Shown piece after piece: positions 31,137 through 40,311 of a stretch of 53,988 bases of DNA. Source of the stretch: Bacteroidia bacterium (lineage in GTDB: Bacteria; Bacteroidota; Bacteroidia; UBA4408); contig JALRAS010000006.1 in the NCBI GenBank assembly GCA_023262495.1, forward strand, positions 1 to 53,988, written 5' to 3'. Position numbers and translations under genes: made by a program. Positions within the stretch are counted from its first letter, which is position 1; every line of letters begins with the position of its first letter. Below the pieces are notes generated by a model. It made no database searches. It saw nothing but the letters and a program-made list of their open reading frames with translations, and was not told where the DNA came from.

Positions 31137-31513
31137 ATGGCAAGAATTTCGGGTATTGATTTACCAAAAACAAAAGAGGTGAAATAGGTTTAACCTATAT
31201 TTTCGGAATTGGCAGAAGAACTGCACAATCCATTTTATCTGAAGCAGGTGTTGATTTCAACACCAAAGTTCAGGATTGGAATGATGATCAGCTCACTAAA
31301 ATCCGTAACATCATCAACGACAACTACAAAGTTGAAGGAGCGCTAAGATCAGAGGTGCAGTTAAGCATCAAACGATTGATGGATATTGGTTGCTACAGAG
31401 GTGTGCGTCACCGTGTTGGTTTACCTGTTAGAGGTCAAACAACAAAGAACAATGCTCGCACTCGCAAAGGCAAAAAGAAGACGGTTGCTAACAAAAAGAA
31501 AGTAACTAAATAA
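31137..31513 (+). pseudogene. rpsM: 30S ribosomal protein S13, reading frame broken by a 1-nt deficit in an A-run (31172-31175); probably an intact gene with a homopolymer error
   Basis: From ATG 31137 the frame reads [16 protein letters not shown] and stops at TAG 31185-31187. The frame beginning at GGT 31178 reads [111 protein letters not shown] and stops at 31511-31513. This is canonical S13. One extra A in acaaaaGagg would restore ...KTKRGEIGL... Confidence 0.9.
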
Positions 31514-31540
31514 TAACAGCAATTAAACGATTAATATAAA

Positions 31541-31930
31541 ATGGCAAAAACAGTAAAAACAGCCAAGAAACGTGTTGTTCATGTTGACCCTAGCGGTGAA
31601 GCTCATATCAACGCTACATTCAACAACATCATCATTTCACTTACTAACCACAAAGGCGAGGTGATTGCTTGGTCATCAGCAGGTAAAATGGGTTTCAAGG
31701 GCTCAAAGAAAAATACTCCTTACGCGGCTCAAATGGCTGGTGAAGATTGTTCTAAAGTGGCTCATGAAGCAGGCCTTAGAAAAGTCAAGGTATTTGTGAA
31801 AGGTCCAGGTGCTGGAAGAGAGTCGGCTATCAGAAGTATTGCCAACTCGGGTATTGAAGTAACCGAAATTATGGATATTACACCAATTCCGCACAACGGC
31901 TGCCGTCCTGCAAAAAGAAGAAGAGTATAA
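31541..31930 (+). CDS. rpsK: 30S ribosomal protein S11
   Basis: 129 aa. G.AHI.ATFNN.II..T...G and VKGPG.GRE.AIR motifs, ending PHNGCRP.KRRRV. Confidence 0.98.
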   Translation: MAKTVKTAKKRVVHVDPSGEAHINATFNNIIISLTNHKGEVIAWSSAGKMGFKGSKKNTPYAAQMAGEDCSKVAHEAGLRKVKVFVKGPGAGRESAIRSIANSGIEVTEIMDITPIPHNGCRPAKRRRV

Positions 31931-31978
31931 TCTTGAGTAAAATAATTAAATTAGTATCTCATTAAATCAAAATAAGAA

Positions 31979-32584
31979 ATGGCAAGGTATAGAGGCCCTC
32001 AGTCAAAAATAGCAAGAAAGTTCAGAGAACCAATTTTTGGTCCTGACAAAGCATTGGAAAAAAAGAATTATCCTCCGGGAATGCATGGCTTAGCAAAGAA
32101 ACGTGCCAAGCAATCTGAATACGCAGTTCAGTTGCAAGAAAAGCAAAAAGCAAAGTATACCTATGGTATTCTTGAAAAACAATTCGCTAACATTTTCGAC
32201 CGCGCTTCAAGAGCTCACGGTGTTACCGGTGAGGTATTAATTCAATTGATTGAATTACGACTCGATAACACAGTATATCGTTTAGGTATTGCTCCAACGC
32301 GCATGGCTGCCCGTCAAATCGTTTCTCACCGTCATATAACCGTTAACGGTAAAGTGGTGAATGTGCCTTCGTATACACTAAAAGTTGGTGATGTAGTGGC
32401 CGTTCGTGAGAAATCGAAGAGCCTTGAAGTAATTAACAATTCTATTGCTGCCTCCGGTCGTTCATTTCCATGGTTAGATTGGAATTCAGATAAAAACGAA
32501 GGTAAGTTGATTGCAGTACCTGCACGTTCAGAGGTTCCTGAGAATATTAAAGAACAATTAATAGTGGAATTATATTCACGTTAA
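31979..32584 (+). CDS. rpsD: 30S ribosomal protein S4
   Basis: 201 aa. MARYRGP, RLDN.VYRLG.A.TR..ARQ.V.H.HI.VNG..VN.PSY (S4 RNA-binding domain). Confidence 0.98.
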   Translation: MARYRGPQSKIARKFREPIFGPDKALEKKNYPPGMHGLAKKRAKQSEYAVQLQEKQKAKYTYGILEKQFANIFDRASRAHGVTGEVLIQLIELRLDNTVYRLGIAPTRMAARQIVSHRHITVNGKVVNVPSYTLKVGDVVAVREKSKSLEVINNSIAASGRSFPWLDWNSDKNEGKLIAVPARSEVPENIKEQLIVELYSR

Positions 32585-32622
32585 TATTGAAAATAAATTT
32601 TAATTAAACACAATACACAGCA

Positions 32623-33615
32623 ATGGCAATATTAGCATTTCAAAGACCTGATAAGGTAATCATGCTTAACTCATCCGATCACGAAGGTCAGTTCGAGTTT
32701 CGTCCGTTAGAGCCCGGATATGGTATCACTGTGGGAAATGCCCTCAGAAGAATATTACTTTCATCACTAGAAGGCTTTGCAATCACATACATCAAAATTG
32801 AAGGTGTTGATCACGAATTCTCTACTATAAAAGGTGTCGTAGAGGATGTTACAGAAATCATTTTAAACCTAAAACAAGTTCGTTTCAAGAAGCAAATTGA
32901 AGGCACAGAAAATGAGCGTCTCGTTGTAAGTGTTAGTGGAAAGAACTCATTTACTGCTGGCGATATTGGTAAGTTTACCAACGGTTTCCAAGTGTTAAAT
33001 CCTGATTTAGTGATTTGCAACATGGAAAACAGTGTGAAATTGAAGATAGAGATGATGATTGAAAAGGGCAGAGGATATGTGCCTGCTGAAGATAATAAAC
33101 CAAACAACGCTGTTGCCGGGGTTATTCCAATTGATGCAATTTACACGCCAATAAAAAATGTGAAGTATAGCGTTGAAAATTTTCGTGTAGAGCAAAAAAC
33201 CGATTACGAAAAATTAATCATCGACATTACAACTGATGGTTCTATTCACCCAAAAGAGGCATTGAAAGAGGCAGCTAAGATTCTAATACATCACTTTATG
33301 CTTTTCTCTGATGAGCGTATTACACTCGATGTGGAAGAGAAAAAAGAAACTGAAGAGTTTGATGAGCATTCTTTACATATGCGTCAATTACTTAAGACCA
33401 AATTATATGATATGGATCTTTCAGTTCGTGCGCTCAATTGCTTGAAAGCAGCTGATGTTGAAACCTTGGGTGAACTTGTTGCATTCAATAAAAACGATCT
33501 GTTAAAGTTCAGAAACTTCGGTAAAAAATCTTTAACCGAGTTAGAAGAGCTGGTGGCATCAAAGAACCTGCAATTTGGTATGAACGTAGCAAAATATAAA
33601 TTAGATAAAGACTAA
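32623..33615 (+). CDS. rpoA: DNA-directed RNA polymerase alpha subunit
   Basis: 330 aa. GYG.T.GNALRR.LLSS..G.A and the C-terminal domain LSVRA.NCLK.A...T.GELV are present. Confidence 0.98.
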   Translation: MAILAFQRPDKVIMLNSSDHEGQFEFRPLEPGYGITVGNALRRILLSSLEGFAITYIKIEGVDHEFSTIKGVVEDVTEIILNLKQVRFKKQIEGTENERLVVSVSGKNSFTAGDIGKFTNGFQVLNPDLVICNMENSVKLKIEMMIEKGRGYVPAEDNKPNNAVAGVIPIDAIYTPIKNVKYSVENFRVEQKTDYEKLIIDITTDGSIHPKEALKEAAKILIHHFMLFSDERITLDVEEKKETEEFDEHSLHMRQLLKTKLYDMDLSVRALNCLKAADVETLGELVAFNKNDLLKFRNFGKKSLTELEELVASKNLQFGMNVAKYKLDKD

Positions 33616-33686
33616 ATCTATTTGAAAGAAAGACAATCGTTCATCAATTGAATATTGAAACTTCTTCAGATTTTTAAATTATAACA

Positions 33687-34223
33687 ATGAGACACGGAAA
33701 AAAATTAAATCACTTAGGCAGAACTAATTCTCATCGCAAGGCGCTTATGGCGAACATGGCTTGTTCACTCATTTTGCATAAAAGAATTAACACAACTGTA
33801 GCAAAGGCAAAAGCACTTCGCACATACGTAGAACCACTGATTACAAAATCTAAGAACGATACAACCCATAGTCGCAGAACTGTATTTGCCTATTTAAAGC
33901 AAAAAGAAGCTGTTGCGGCTTTGTTTCGCGAGGTTGGTGTTAAAGTTGCTACCCGTCCGGGTGGTTACACAAGAATATTAAAAACAGGAACCCGTTTAGG
34001 TGATAATGCCGAAATGTGTATGATTGAATTGGTTGATTTCAACGAATTTATACAAGATACACCAAAGGCAGCTCCTGCTAAAAAAGCTACTCGTAGAAGT
34101 CGTGGAAGTAAAAAATCAGAAACTGCTGCCGATACTACTGATGCTGCTGCTGAGGAAACTCCTGTTGCTGAAAAGCCAAAAAGAGCTCCAAGAGCTAAAA
34201 AGAAAGACGATACTCAAGAATAA
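33687..34223 (+). CDS. rplQ: 50S ribosomal protein L17 (with Ala/Lys/Glu-rich C-terminal extension)
   Basis: 178 aa. MRHGKK.N.LGR...HRKA...N....L..H.RI.TT..KAK..R and GGYTRI.K motifs. Confidence 0.97.
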   Translation: MRHGKKLNHLGRTNSHRKALMANMACSLILHKRINTTVAKAKALRTYVEPLITKSKNDTTHSRRTVFAYLKQKEAVAALFREVGVKVATRPGGYTRILKTGTRLGDNAEMCMIELVDFNEFIQDTPKAAPAKKATRRSRGSKKSETAADTTDAAAEETPVAEKPKRAPRAKKKDDTQE

Positions 34224-34252
34224 ATTTAGGTTAAATTGGTTAATGAGAAAAG

Positions 34253-34282
34253 GCTGTTCGAATAATTCGAGCAGCTTTTTTT
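34253..34282 (+). terminator. Rho-independent terminator after rplQ
   Basis: The stem ggctgttcgaa / ttcgagcagc(c) has about 10 bp with one G-U. The loop is taa and a T7 run follows (34276-34282), 30 nt after the rplQ stop. Confidence 0.7.
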
Positions 34283-34343
34283 ATGCTGTTTTTTTAACTA
34301 AAGAATTATTTTTTTTCGTGTAGTTATACCATTTGTTTTTTTA

Positions 34344-34494
34344 AACCTGAATTAATCAGTAGAAGTTACGCATGTAACGCACTAGTGATTTTATGATGGA
34401 ATCCCGCTTGGCAGGTGTTTATAACCCATTGAATCAATGGAGTGAATTACAGCTGTTTTAGCGATTCCGCATTTTCGAGTGCGGAATTTGGGTT
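34344..34494 (+). repeat. Copy 2 of the conserved structured non-coding element (candidate sRNA or cis-regulatory RNA) between rplQ and nuoG
   Basis: Aligns with 14061-14186 (see copy 1). It carries about 30 extra nt that form their own hairpin ccattg-aat-caatgg (34426-34440). The 3' perfect 8-bp hairpin attccgca-ttttcgag-tgcggaat (34464-34487) is followed by ttgggtt. No ORF. Confidence 0.6.
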
Positions 34495-34757
34495 AAATTT
34501 ACAAAGGCCAATACGGAAATAACAAAATAGAATTCAATAAAATTGGAATATTTACTTTGTGTCATCAGCACGATACAATTGATTGAATTCCAATTGATTT
34601 TAAAGCGGTAAAAAATTAGTGTTGAAACACCTGTAAATTTGTTAATCATTTTGTATGCAGAATTAATGAAAAACTTATTACTTTCGCCCTGTTGATTACA
34701 ACCTTTCTGCTTTGGATTTGTTCCTTAATGGTTTGGTGAATTTAAAATCTTGTGCAT

Positions 34758-35804
34758 ATGCCAAAAGTTACCATAGATAATCATGAAATAGAAGTGCCAG
34801 AAGGTACAACTATTTTACAAGCTGCACGCATGATTGGTGGCGATATTGTGCCGCCTGCCATGTGTTATTATTCTAAACTAAAAACAAGCGGTGGCTATTG
34901 CCGTACCTGCATCGTAAAAGTTACACAGGGAAGTGCCAAAGACCCGCGTCCTATGCCCAAACCGGTTGCGAGCTGTCGCACATTTGTGATGGATGGCATG
35001 GTGGTGCAAAATACCACGTCCCCTGAATTGCTTGAAGCAAGAAAAGGGGTGGTGGAATTCCTATTGCTAAATCATCCGCTCGATTGCCCAATATGCGACC
35101 AAGCAGGTGAATGCGATTTGCAGAACTTATCATACAACCACGGTGCCTCCGCAACGCGTTATGAGTTTGAAAGAAGAACATTCGAGAAAATTGATATTGG
35201 CACCAAAATTAAATTACACATGACACGCTGTATTTTATGCTATCGCTGCGTAAAAGTTGCCGATCAGCTTACCGATCATCGTGTGCATGGTGTGATGAAT
35301 AGAGGTGATGTTGCCGAGATTAGTACCTACATTAGCAATGCCATTGAGAATGATTTCTCCGGCAACATGATTGATGTATGCCCTGTAGGAGCACTCACAG
35401 ATAACACCTTCCGTTTCAAAAGTCGCGTATGGTTTAGTAAACCTATGGATGCACATCGTAACTGTAACAAGTGCAGTGGTAAAGTGGTGTTGTGGATGAA
35501 AGGCGAAGAGGTACTCAGAGTGAGTGCCCGCAAAGACAAGTACAACGAAGTAGAAGAGTGGATCTGTAACGACTGTCGTTTCGAAAATAAAGATAGCAAG
35601 CGTTGGACAATTGAAGGCCCACGACACATATCAAAAGACTCCGTGATCTCTCAAAATCATTATGAGCACATTGACATGCAAAAGTTGAAGCTCGATATTA
35701 ATAGACAAATCAAGTTTCAAGGTGGTAAACAAATTGAAGAACATTATTCACGCACTCAATTTGATGAATCGAGTAAAAAAGCTTTAGACGCAGCTAAAAA
35801 ATAA
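34758..35804 (+). CDS. nuoG: NADH-quinone oxidoreductase subunit G, short form (2Fe-2S plus 4Fe-4S domains only)
   Basis: The ORF is open from GTG 34752 and ATG 34758 gives MPKVTIDNHEIEV. Cluster motifs: C..........C..C (MCYYSKLKTSGGYCRTC), HPLDCPICDQAGECDLQ, RCILCYRCVKV and CPVGAL. There is no molybdopterin-like C-terminal domain. Confidence 0.88.
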   Translation: MPKVTIDNHEIEVPEGTTILQAARMIGGDIVPPAMCYYSKLKTSGGYCRTCIVKVTQGSAKDPRPMPKPVASCRTFVMDGMVVQNTTSPELLEARKGVVEFLLLNHPLDCPICDQAGECDLQNLSYNHGASATRYEFERRTFEKIDIGTKIKLHMTRCILCYRCVKVADQLTDHRVHGVMNRGDVAEISTYISNAIENDFSGNMIDVCPVGALTDNTFRFKSRVWFSKPMDAHRNCNKCSGKVVLWMKGEEVLRVSARKDKYNEVEEWICNDCRFENKDSKRWTIEGPRHISKDSVISQNHYEHIDMQKLKLDINRQIKFQGGKQIEEHYSRTQFDESSKKALDAAKK

Positions 35805-35808
35805 AATT

Positions 35809-36837
35809 ATGGTAAGCGGTTATATCATTTATAAAAGTATTATGGTTGTTGTTGTTTTCCTCATTGGATTGGGGATTGCAGCATATAGCACCTATGCGGA
35901 GCGCAAGGTAGCTGCCTTTTTGCAAGACAGACTTGGACCCAATAAAGCAGGACCTTATGGGCTTTTGCAACCTATTGCCGATGGTGTAAAGATGTTTATG
36001 AAGGAAGAAATTATTCCAGATGTGAGTAATAAATTTCTATTCATCTTAGGTCCTTGTATTGCTATGCTCACCGCCTGTATGACAGGTGTGGTTATTCCAT
36101 GGAGTACCCCAATTACAATTAATGGAGTTAGTTATCCACTTCAAATAACTGATATCAATATTGGTATATTGTATGTGTTTGGAGTAGTTTCAATTGGTGT
36201 TTACGGCATTATGATTGGGGGTTGGGCAAGTAACAATAAGTTTTCATTGTTGGGTGCTTTGCGTGCTTCTGCACAAATGATCAGTTATGAAATAGCTATG
36301 GGCCTTTCCATCATTGCATTGGTGATGATGACAGGAACCATCAGCTTGCAGGAAATTGCTGCTCAGCAATCTGGCTGGCATTGGAACATCATCTATCAGC
36401 CATTAGGTTTTTTAATTTTTATTACCTGCGCATTTGCCGAGTGCAACCGCACTCCATTTGACTTGCCCGAATGCGAAACCGAATTAGTTGGTGGATATCA
36501 TACCGAATACAGTTCAATGAAATTAGGCTTTTATTTATTTGCTGAGTATGTAAACATGTTTATTTCATCAGCTATTATTTCTACTCTGTATTTTGGTGGA
36601 TATAACATGCCATTGATTGGACGCTTTGTTACTGATCCCAATATGCTCAGTATCCTTGGTGTTGTATTTCTTTTCGCTAAAATATTTTTCTTCATCTTTT
36701 TCTTCATGTGGATTAGATGGACTATTCCGCGATTCAGATACGACCAATTGATGCATTTAGGTTGGAGAATTTTTATTCCTTTGTCGATATTGAATATCTT
36801 GTTGACAGGGGCAGGAATTTTATTTTTCAATAGATAA
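35809..36837 (+). CDS. nuoH: NADH-quinone oxidoreductase subunit H
   Basis: 342 aa polytopic protein. Motifs AERKV.AF.Q.R.GPN..GP.GLLQP.ADG.K and PFDL.E.E.EL..GYHTEYS. Confidence 0.96.
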   Translation: MVSGYIIYKSIMVVVVFLIGLGIAAYSTYAERKVAAFLQDRLGPNKAGPYGLLQPIADGVKMFMKEEIIPDVSNKFLFILGPCIAMLTACMTGVVIPWSTPITINGVSYPLQITDINIGILYVFGVVSIGVYGIMIGGWASNNKFSLLGALRASAQMISYEIAMGLSIIALVMMTGTISLQEIAAQQSGWHWNIIYQPLGFLIFITCAFAECNRTPFDLPECETELVGGYHTEYSSMKLGFYLFAEYVNMFISSAIISTLYFGGYNMPLIGRFVTDPNMLSILGVVFLFAKIFFFIFFFMWIRWTIPRFRYDQLMHLGWRIFIPLSILNILLTGAGILFFNR

Positions 36838-36876
36838 TTAAACAACTGTAATCTTAAACCGGTAAAATTTTTAAAG

Positions 36877-37455
36877 ATGCTTACAAATCGTTCGAAAGTT
36901 GTAGTGAACAAGCAGATGAGTTTTATGGAGCGGATTTATCTGCCTGCGGTAGTAGGTGGTTTAATGACAACCATCAAACACCTTTTCAGAAAAAAAACTA
37001 CCATTGATTATCCAAAAGAAAAACGTGAGATTAGCGAAAACTATCGCGGACAACATATTTTAAAGGTGGATGAGAATGGAGCTGAACGCTGCACGGCCTG
37101 TGGTTTATGTGCTGTGTCATGCCCTGCAGAGGCTATTAGTATGACAGCAGCCGAACGCAAGAAAGGAGAGGAGCTCAAGTATCGCGAAGAAAAATATGCC
37201 GCAGTATATGAAATCAACATGTTGCGTTGCATTTTTTGCGGGCTCTGTGAGGAAGCTTGCCCTAAAGAGGCCATCTTTTTAACCGATCGATTGGTTCCCG
37301 TTTCAGGTGAGCGTGATGCCATGATATATGGAAAAGATAAACTAACAGAAAAACATTACAATGAAGTGGATATCAGCAAGCGTCAAACCCCTGCTGTGTT
37401 GGCTTTTAAACAAAATAAACAATATCAGCATAATCAACTGAAACAAACACGATAA
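36877..37455 (+). CDS. nuoI: NADH-quinone oxidoreductase subunit I (2x 4Fe-4S ferredoxin)
   Basis: Two CxxCxxCxxxCP motifs are present (CTACGLCAVSCP, CIFCGLCEEACP). The start may instead be ATG 36916 (MSFMERIYLP). Confidence 0.93.
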   Translation: MLTNRSKVVVNKQMSFMERIYLPAVVGGLMTTIKHLFRKKTTIDYPKEKREISENYRGQHILKVDENGAERCTACGLCAVSCPAEAISMTAAERKKGEELKYREEKYAAVYEINMLRCIFCGLCEEACPKEAIFLTDRLVPVSGERDAMIYGKDKLTEKHYNEVDISKRQTPAVLAFKQNKQYQHNQLKQTR

Positions 37456-37517
37456 TAAATTTTATGCCCGCGGTGTGGAATTATTCATAATTTCGGGCGC
37501 AAATTCAGAAGCAAAAG

Positions 37518-38015
37518 ATGACCTTATATATATTTTATTTCCTTTCATTTTTAGCGGTGCTAAGCGCGTTTATGGTGGTGTATTCCAAAAACCCTGTGCA
37601 CAGTGTACTGTACCTTATCATCACCTTTTTCTCTATTGCAGGTCACTACATCTTGCTCAATGCTCAGTTCCTAGCTGCCGTGCATGTAATTGTTTATGCT
37701 GGTGCTATCATGGTGTTGTTTCTGTATGTAATTATGATGCTCAATTTGAATAAAGATACAGAAGCTCAAAAAAGTAATTACCTCAAATTAGCTGCAACGG
37801 TGGCCGGAGGAATCTTTATGATTGTTTTTATTGGTAGTCTTAAAGGTGTTGAAAAAATAGAAAACTTAAGTGCTGCCAACCAAAGTGCCGGACTCATTAA
37901 AAATTTAGGACAAGTTTTGTACAAAGATTATATGCTGCCTTTTGAAATGGCGTCCATCCTTTTTCTTTCAGCAATGGTTGGTGCAGTAATGTTAGGTAAA
38001 AACGAATTAAAGTAA
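37518..38015 (+). CDS. nuoJ: NADH-quinone oxidoreductase subunit J
   Basis: 165 aa, hydrophobic. Motifs NP..S.L.L and [19 protein letters not shown]. Operon position fits. Confidence 0.92.
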   Translation: MTLYIFYFLSFLAVLSAFMVVYSKNPVHSVLYLIITFFSIAGHYILLNAQFLAAVHVIVYAGAIMVLFLYVIMMLNLNKDTEAQKSNYLKLAATVAGGIFMIVFIGSLKGVEKIENLSAANQSAGLIKNLGQVLYKDYMLPFEMASILFLSAMVGAVMLGKNELK

Positions 38016-38019
38016 AGAT

Positions 38020-38355
38020 ATGGTTCAAGAAACAATGGCAAACAGCTTACATGGTGTACCCATCAATGCCTACCTCACGCTTAGTGCTGTGTTGTTTAGT
38101 ATAGGTGTTTTAGGGGTACTTTATCGCAGAAACATCATCGTTATTTTTATGTGTATAGAGTTGATGCTTAATGCTGTTAACCTCTTGCTTGCCGCATTTG
38201 GTGCTTTTCGTGGCGATAGTAACGGACAAGTATTTGTGTTTTTTATTATGGCAGTTGCAGCAGCTGAGGTTGCTGTAGGATTAGCCATATTGGTGATGAT
38301 ATATCGAAACACAAGAAGTACCGATATTGACAGTTTAGGTAAGTTAAAGTGGTAG
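38020..38355 (+). CDS. nuoK: NADH-quinone oxidoreductase subunit K
   Basis: 111 aa, 3 TM segments. Motifs RRN.I..FM.IELMLNA.NL and AAAE.A.GLA. Confidence 0.94.
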   Translation: MVQETMANSLHGVPINAYLTLSAVLFSIGVLGVLYRRNIIVIFMCIELMLNAVNLLLAAFGAFRGDSNGQVFVFFIMAVAAAEVAVGLAILVMIYRNTRSTDIDSLGKLKW

Positions 38356-38390
38356 CAATTTATTGAAAGATAAGGTAAAGGTTTTCAAAT

Positions 38391-40295
38391 ATGATTAAAT
38401 CAGTAGCATTAGTTCCATTGTTTCCCTTGCTGGGATTCATTATAACGGGCCTCTTTGGTAAGAGTTTAAGTAAATCTGCAGCCGGCATCATTGCCAGTGG
38501 TGCCATTCTACTTTCGTTTGTTGTATCGCTGCTTCTATTCTTTCATCTCAATAATGCCGGGCCTGATGTATCACATTCAGTAAAGCTTTTTGATTGGATC
38601 AGTGCGGGTAAATTCAATGCTGATCTAGCGCTATTAATCGATCCACTTTCTTCCGTTTTCTTGCTGATCATAACGGGAGTAGGTTTTCTGATTCATCTGT
38701 ATTCAACCGGTTACATGCACGATGACGAAGGGCATAACAAGTTTTTTTCATATTTGAATTTATTCGTATTCTTCATGTTGTTGCTTGTACTTGGAAGCAA
38801 TTACCTAGTAATGTTTGTTGGTTGGGAAGGCGTTGGGCTTTGTTCATATTTACTCATTGGATTTTGGTTCAAAAACACTTCCTACAACAATGCGGCCAAA
38901 AAAGCATTCATTATGAATCGTATTGGCGATTTGGGCTTTTTACTTGGCATTTTCTTGATATACGTTACGTTTGGTTCTGTGAGCTACAGTGAAGTATTTG
39001 AACAGGCCAAATATTACACCTCAGATGAGCCCGTTCTTGTGGCAATTACTTTGTTGTTATTTGTTGGTGCCATGGGTAAAAGTGCGCAATTGCCCCTTTA
39101 CACTTGGTTACCTGATGCTATGGCGGGCCCAACTCCCGTATCGGCACTTATACATGCTGCAACCATGGTAACAGCCGGTATATATATGATAGCAAGGTCG
39201 AACATCCTCTACACGCTTGCTCCGGCAAGTTTGCATGTGGTGGCGTTAATTGGTGTTATCACCGCTGTATTTGCAGCTACAATTGGGTTACTACAAAATG
39301 ATATCAAGAAGGTTTTGGCCTACTCAACTGTATCTCAATTAGGATACATGTTTCTTGCCCTTGGAATTGGTGCCTATACAAGCGCTGTATTTCATGTAAT
39401 TACTCACGCATTTTTTAAGGCATTATTATTCTTAGGTGCAGGCAGTGTTATACACGCTATGGGAGGTGAGCAAGATATCCGCAAAATGGGTGGACTTAAA
39501 TCACATCTTCCAGTCACGTTTGCCACATTCTTGATTGGTACAATTGCTATTTCGGGTATTCCGCCATTTGCTGGATTCTTTTCTAAGGATGAAATTTTAG
39601 CACATGCATTTGCGCACAATAAAATATTTTGGTTATTGGGTGTAGGTGGTTCGGTGCTAACCGCATTTTACATGTTTCGTTTGTTGTTTCTTACTTTCTA
39701 CGGAAAATTTAGAGGTACGCATCATCAAGAGGAACATCTGCATGAGTCACCAAAGTCAATCACAATACCGTTGATGATATTGGCAGCGCTATCTGTCATT
39801 GGCGGTTTCATTGGGTTGCCTGAGGCATTTCATGCTAAGCACGTTTTGAAATCATTCCTCAGTCCTGTGTTTGCTGATTCAGATTTAAGAATGTTGCCTG
39901 CCGAAATTTCTCATTCAACAGAGTATGCACTCATGGCCTTGGCAATCGTTATCGTAACAGTAGTGGTGTTGCTGGCTCGCAACAAATATGTGTCAAAAGG
40001 TGAGTTGCCAGTGGCAGATGGTGTAGCCCTAAGCCCTGTTTCTAAATTAATAGCAAACAAGTATTATGTAGATGAGGTTTACGACACAATTATTGTGAAG
40101 CCATTGCACTGGTTAAGTGGCATTTTTTATCGTGTGATGGACATTCAGGTTGTTGACGGATTCGTGAATTTCATTGGAAAAGGAGTTGTATGGAGTAGTA
40201 GCAACCTGAGATTGGCGCAAACCGGAAAAATAGGATATTATGTTTTCGTGATGGTGCTTTCGATTGCACTATTGCTTTTGTATATTAGTTATTAA
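38391..40295 (+). CDS. nuoL: NADH-quinone oxidoreductase subunit L
   Basis: 634 aa antiporter-like subunit. Motifs WEGVGLCSYLLIGFW, GKSAQ.PL..WLPDAM.GPTPVSALIHAATMV.AG and the long C-terminal extension. Confidence 0.96.
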   Translation: MIKSVALVPLFPLLGFIITGLFGKSLSKSAAGIIASGAILLSFVVSLLLFFHLNNAGPDVSHSVKLFDWISAGKFNADLALLIDPLSSVFLLIITGVGFLIHLYSTGYMHDDEGHNKFFSYLNLFVFFMLLLVLGSNYLVMFVGWEGVGLCSYLLIGFWFKNTSYNNAAKKAFIMNRIGDLGFLLGIFLIYVTFGSVSYSEVFEQAKYYTSDEPVLVAITLLLFVGAMGKSAQLPLYTWLPDAMAGPTPVSALIHAATMVTAGIYMIARSNILYTLAPASLHVVALIGVITAVFAATIGLLQNDIKKVLAYSTVSQLGYMFLALGIGAYTSAVFHVITHAFFKALLFLGAGSVIHAMGGEQDIRKMGGLKSHLPVTFATFLIGTIAISGIPPFAGFFSKDEILAHAFAHNKIFWLLGVGGSVLTAFYMFRLLFLTFYGKFRGTHHQEEHLHESPKSITIPLMILAALSVIGGFIGLPEAFHAKHVLKSFLSPVFADSDLRMLPAEISHSTEYALMALAIVIVTVVVLLARNKYVSKGELPVADGVALSPVSKLIANKYYVDEVYDTIIVKPLHWLSGIFYRVMDIQVVDGFVNFIGKGVVWSSSNLRLAQTGKIGYYVFVMVLSIALLLLYISY

Positions 40296-40311
40296 GTTTG
40301 AAAAATAAGAT

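Noticed and set aside
34024-34649. ORFs 34024-34323 (+, 99 aa) and 34458-34649 (-, 63 aa) near or after rplQ
   Set aside because: The first is an off-frame read of the rplQ tail running through the terminator. The second lies in AT-rich spacer with a non-protein-like sequence and overlaps the repeated non-coding element.
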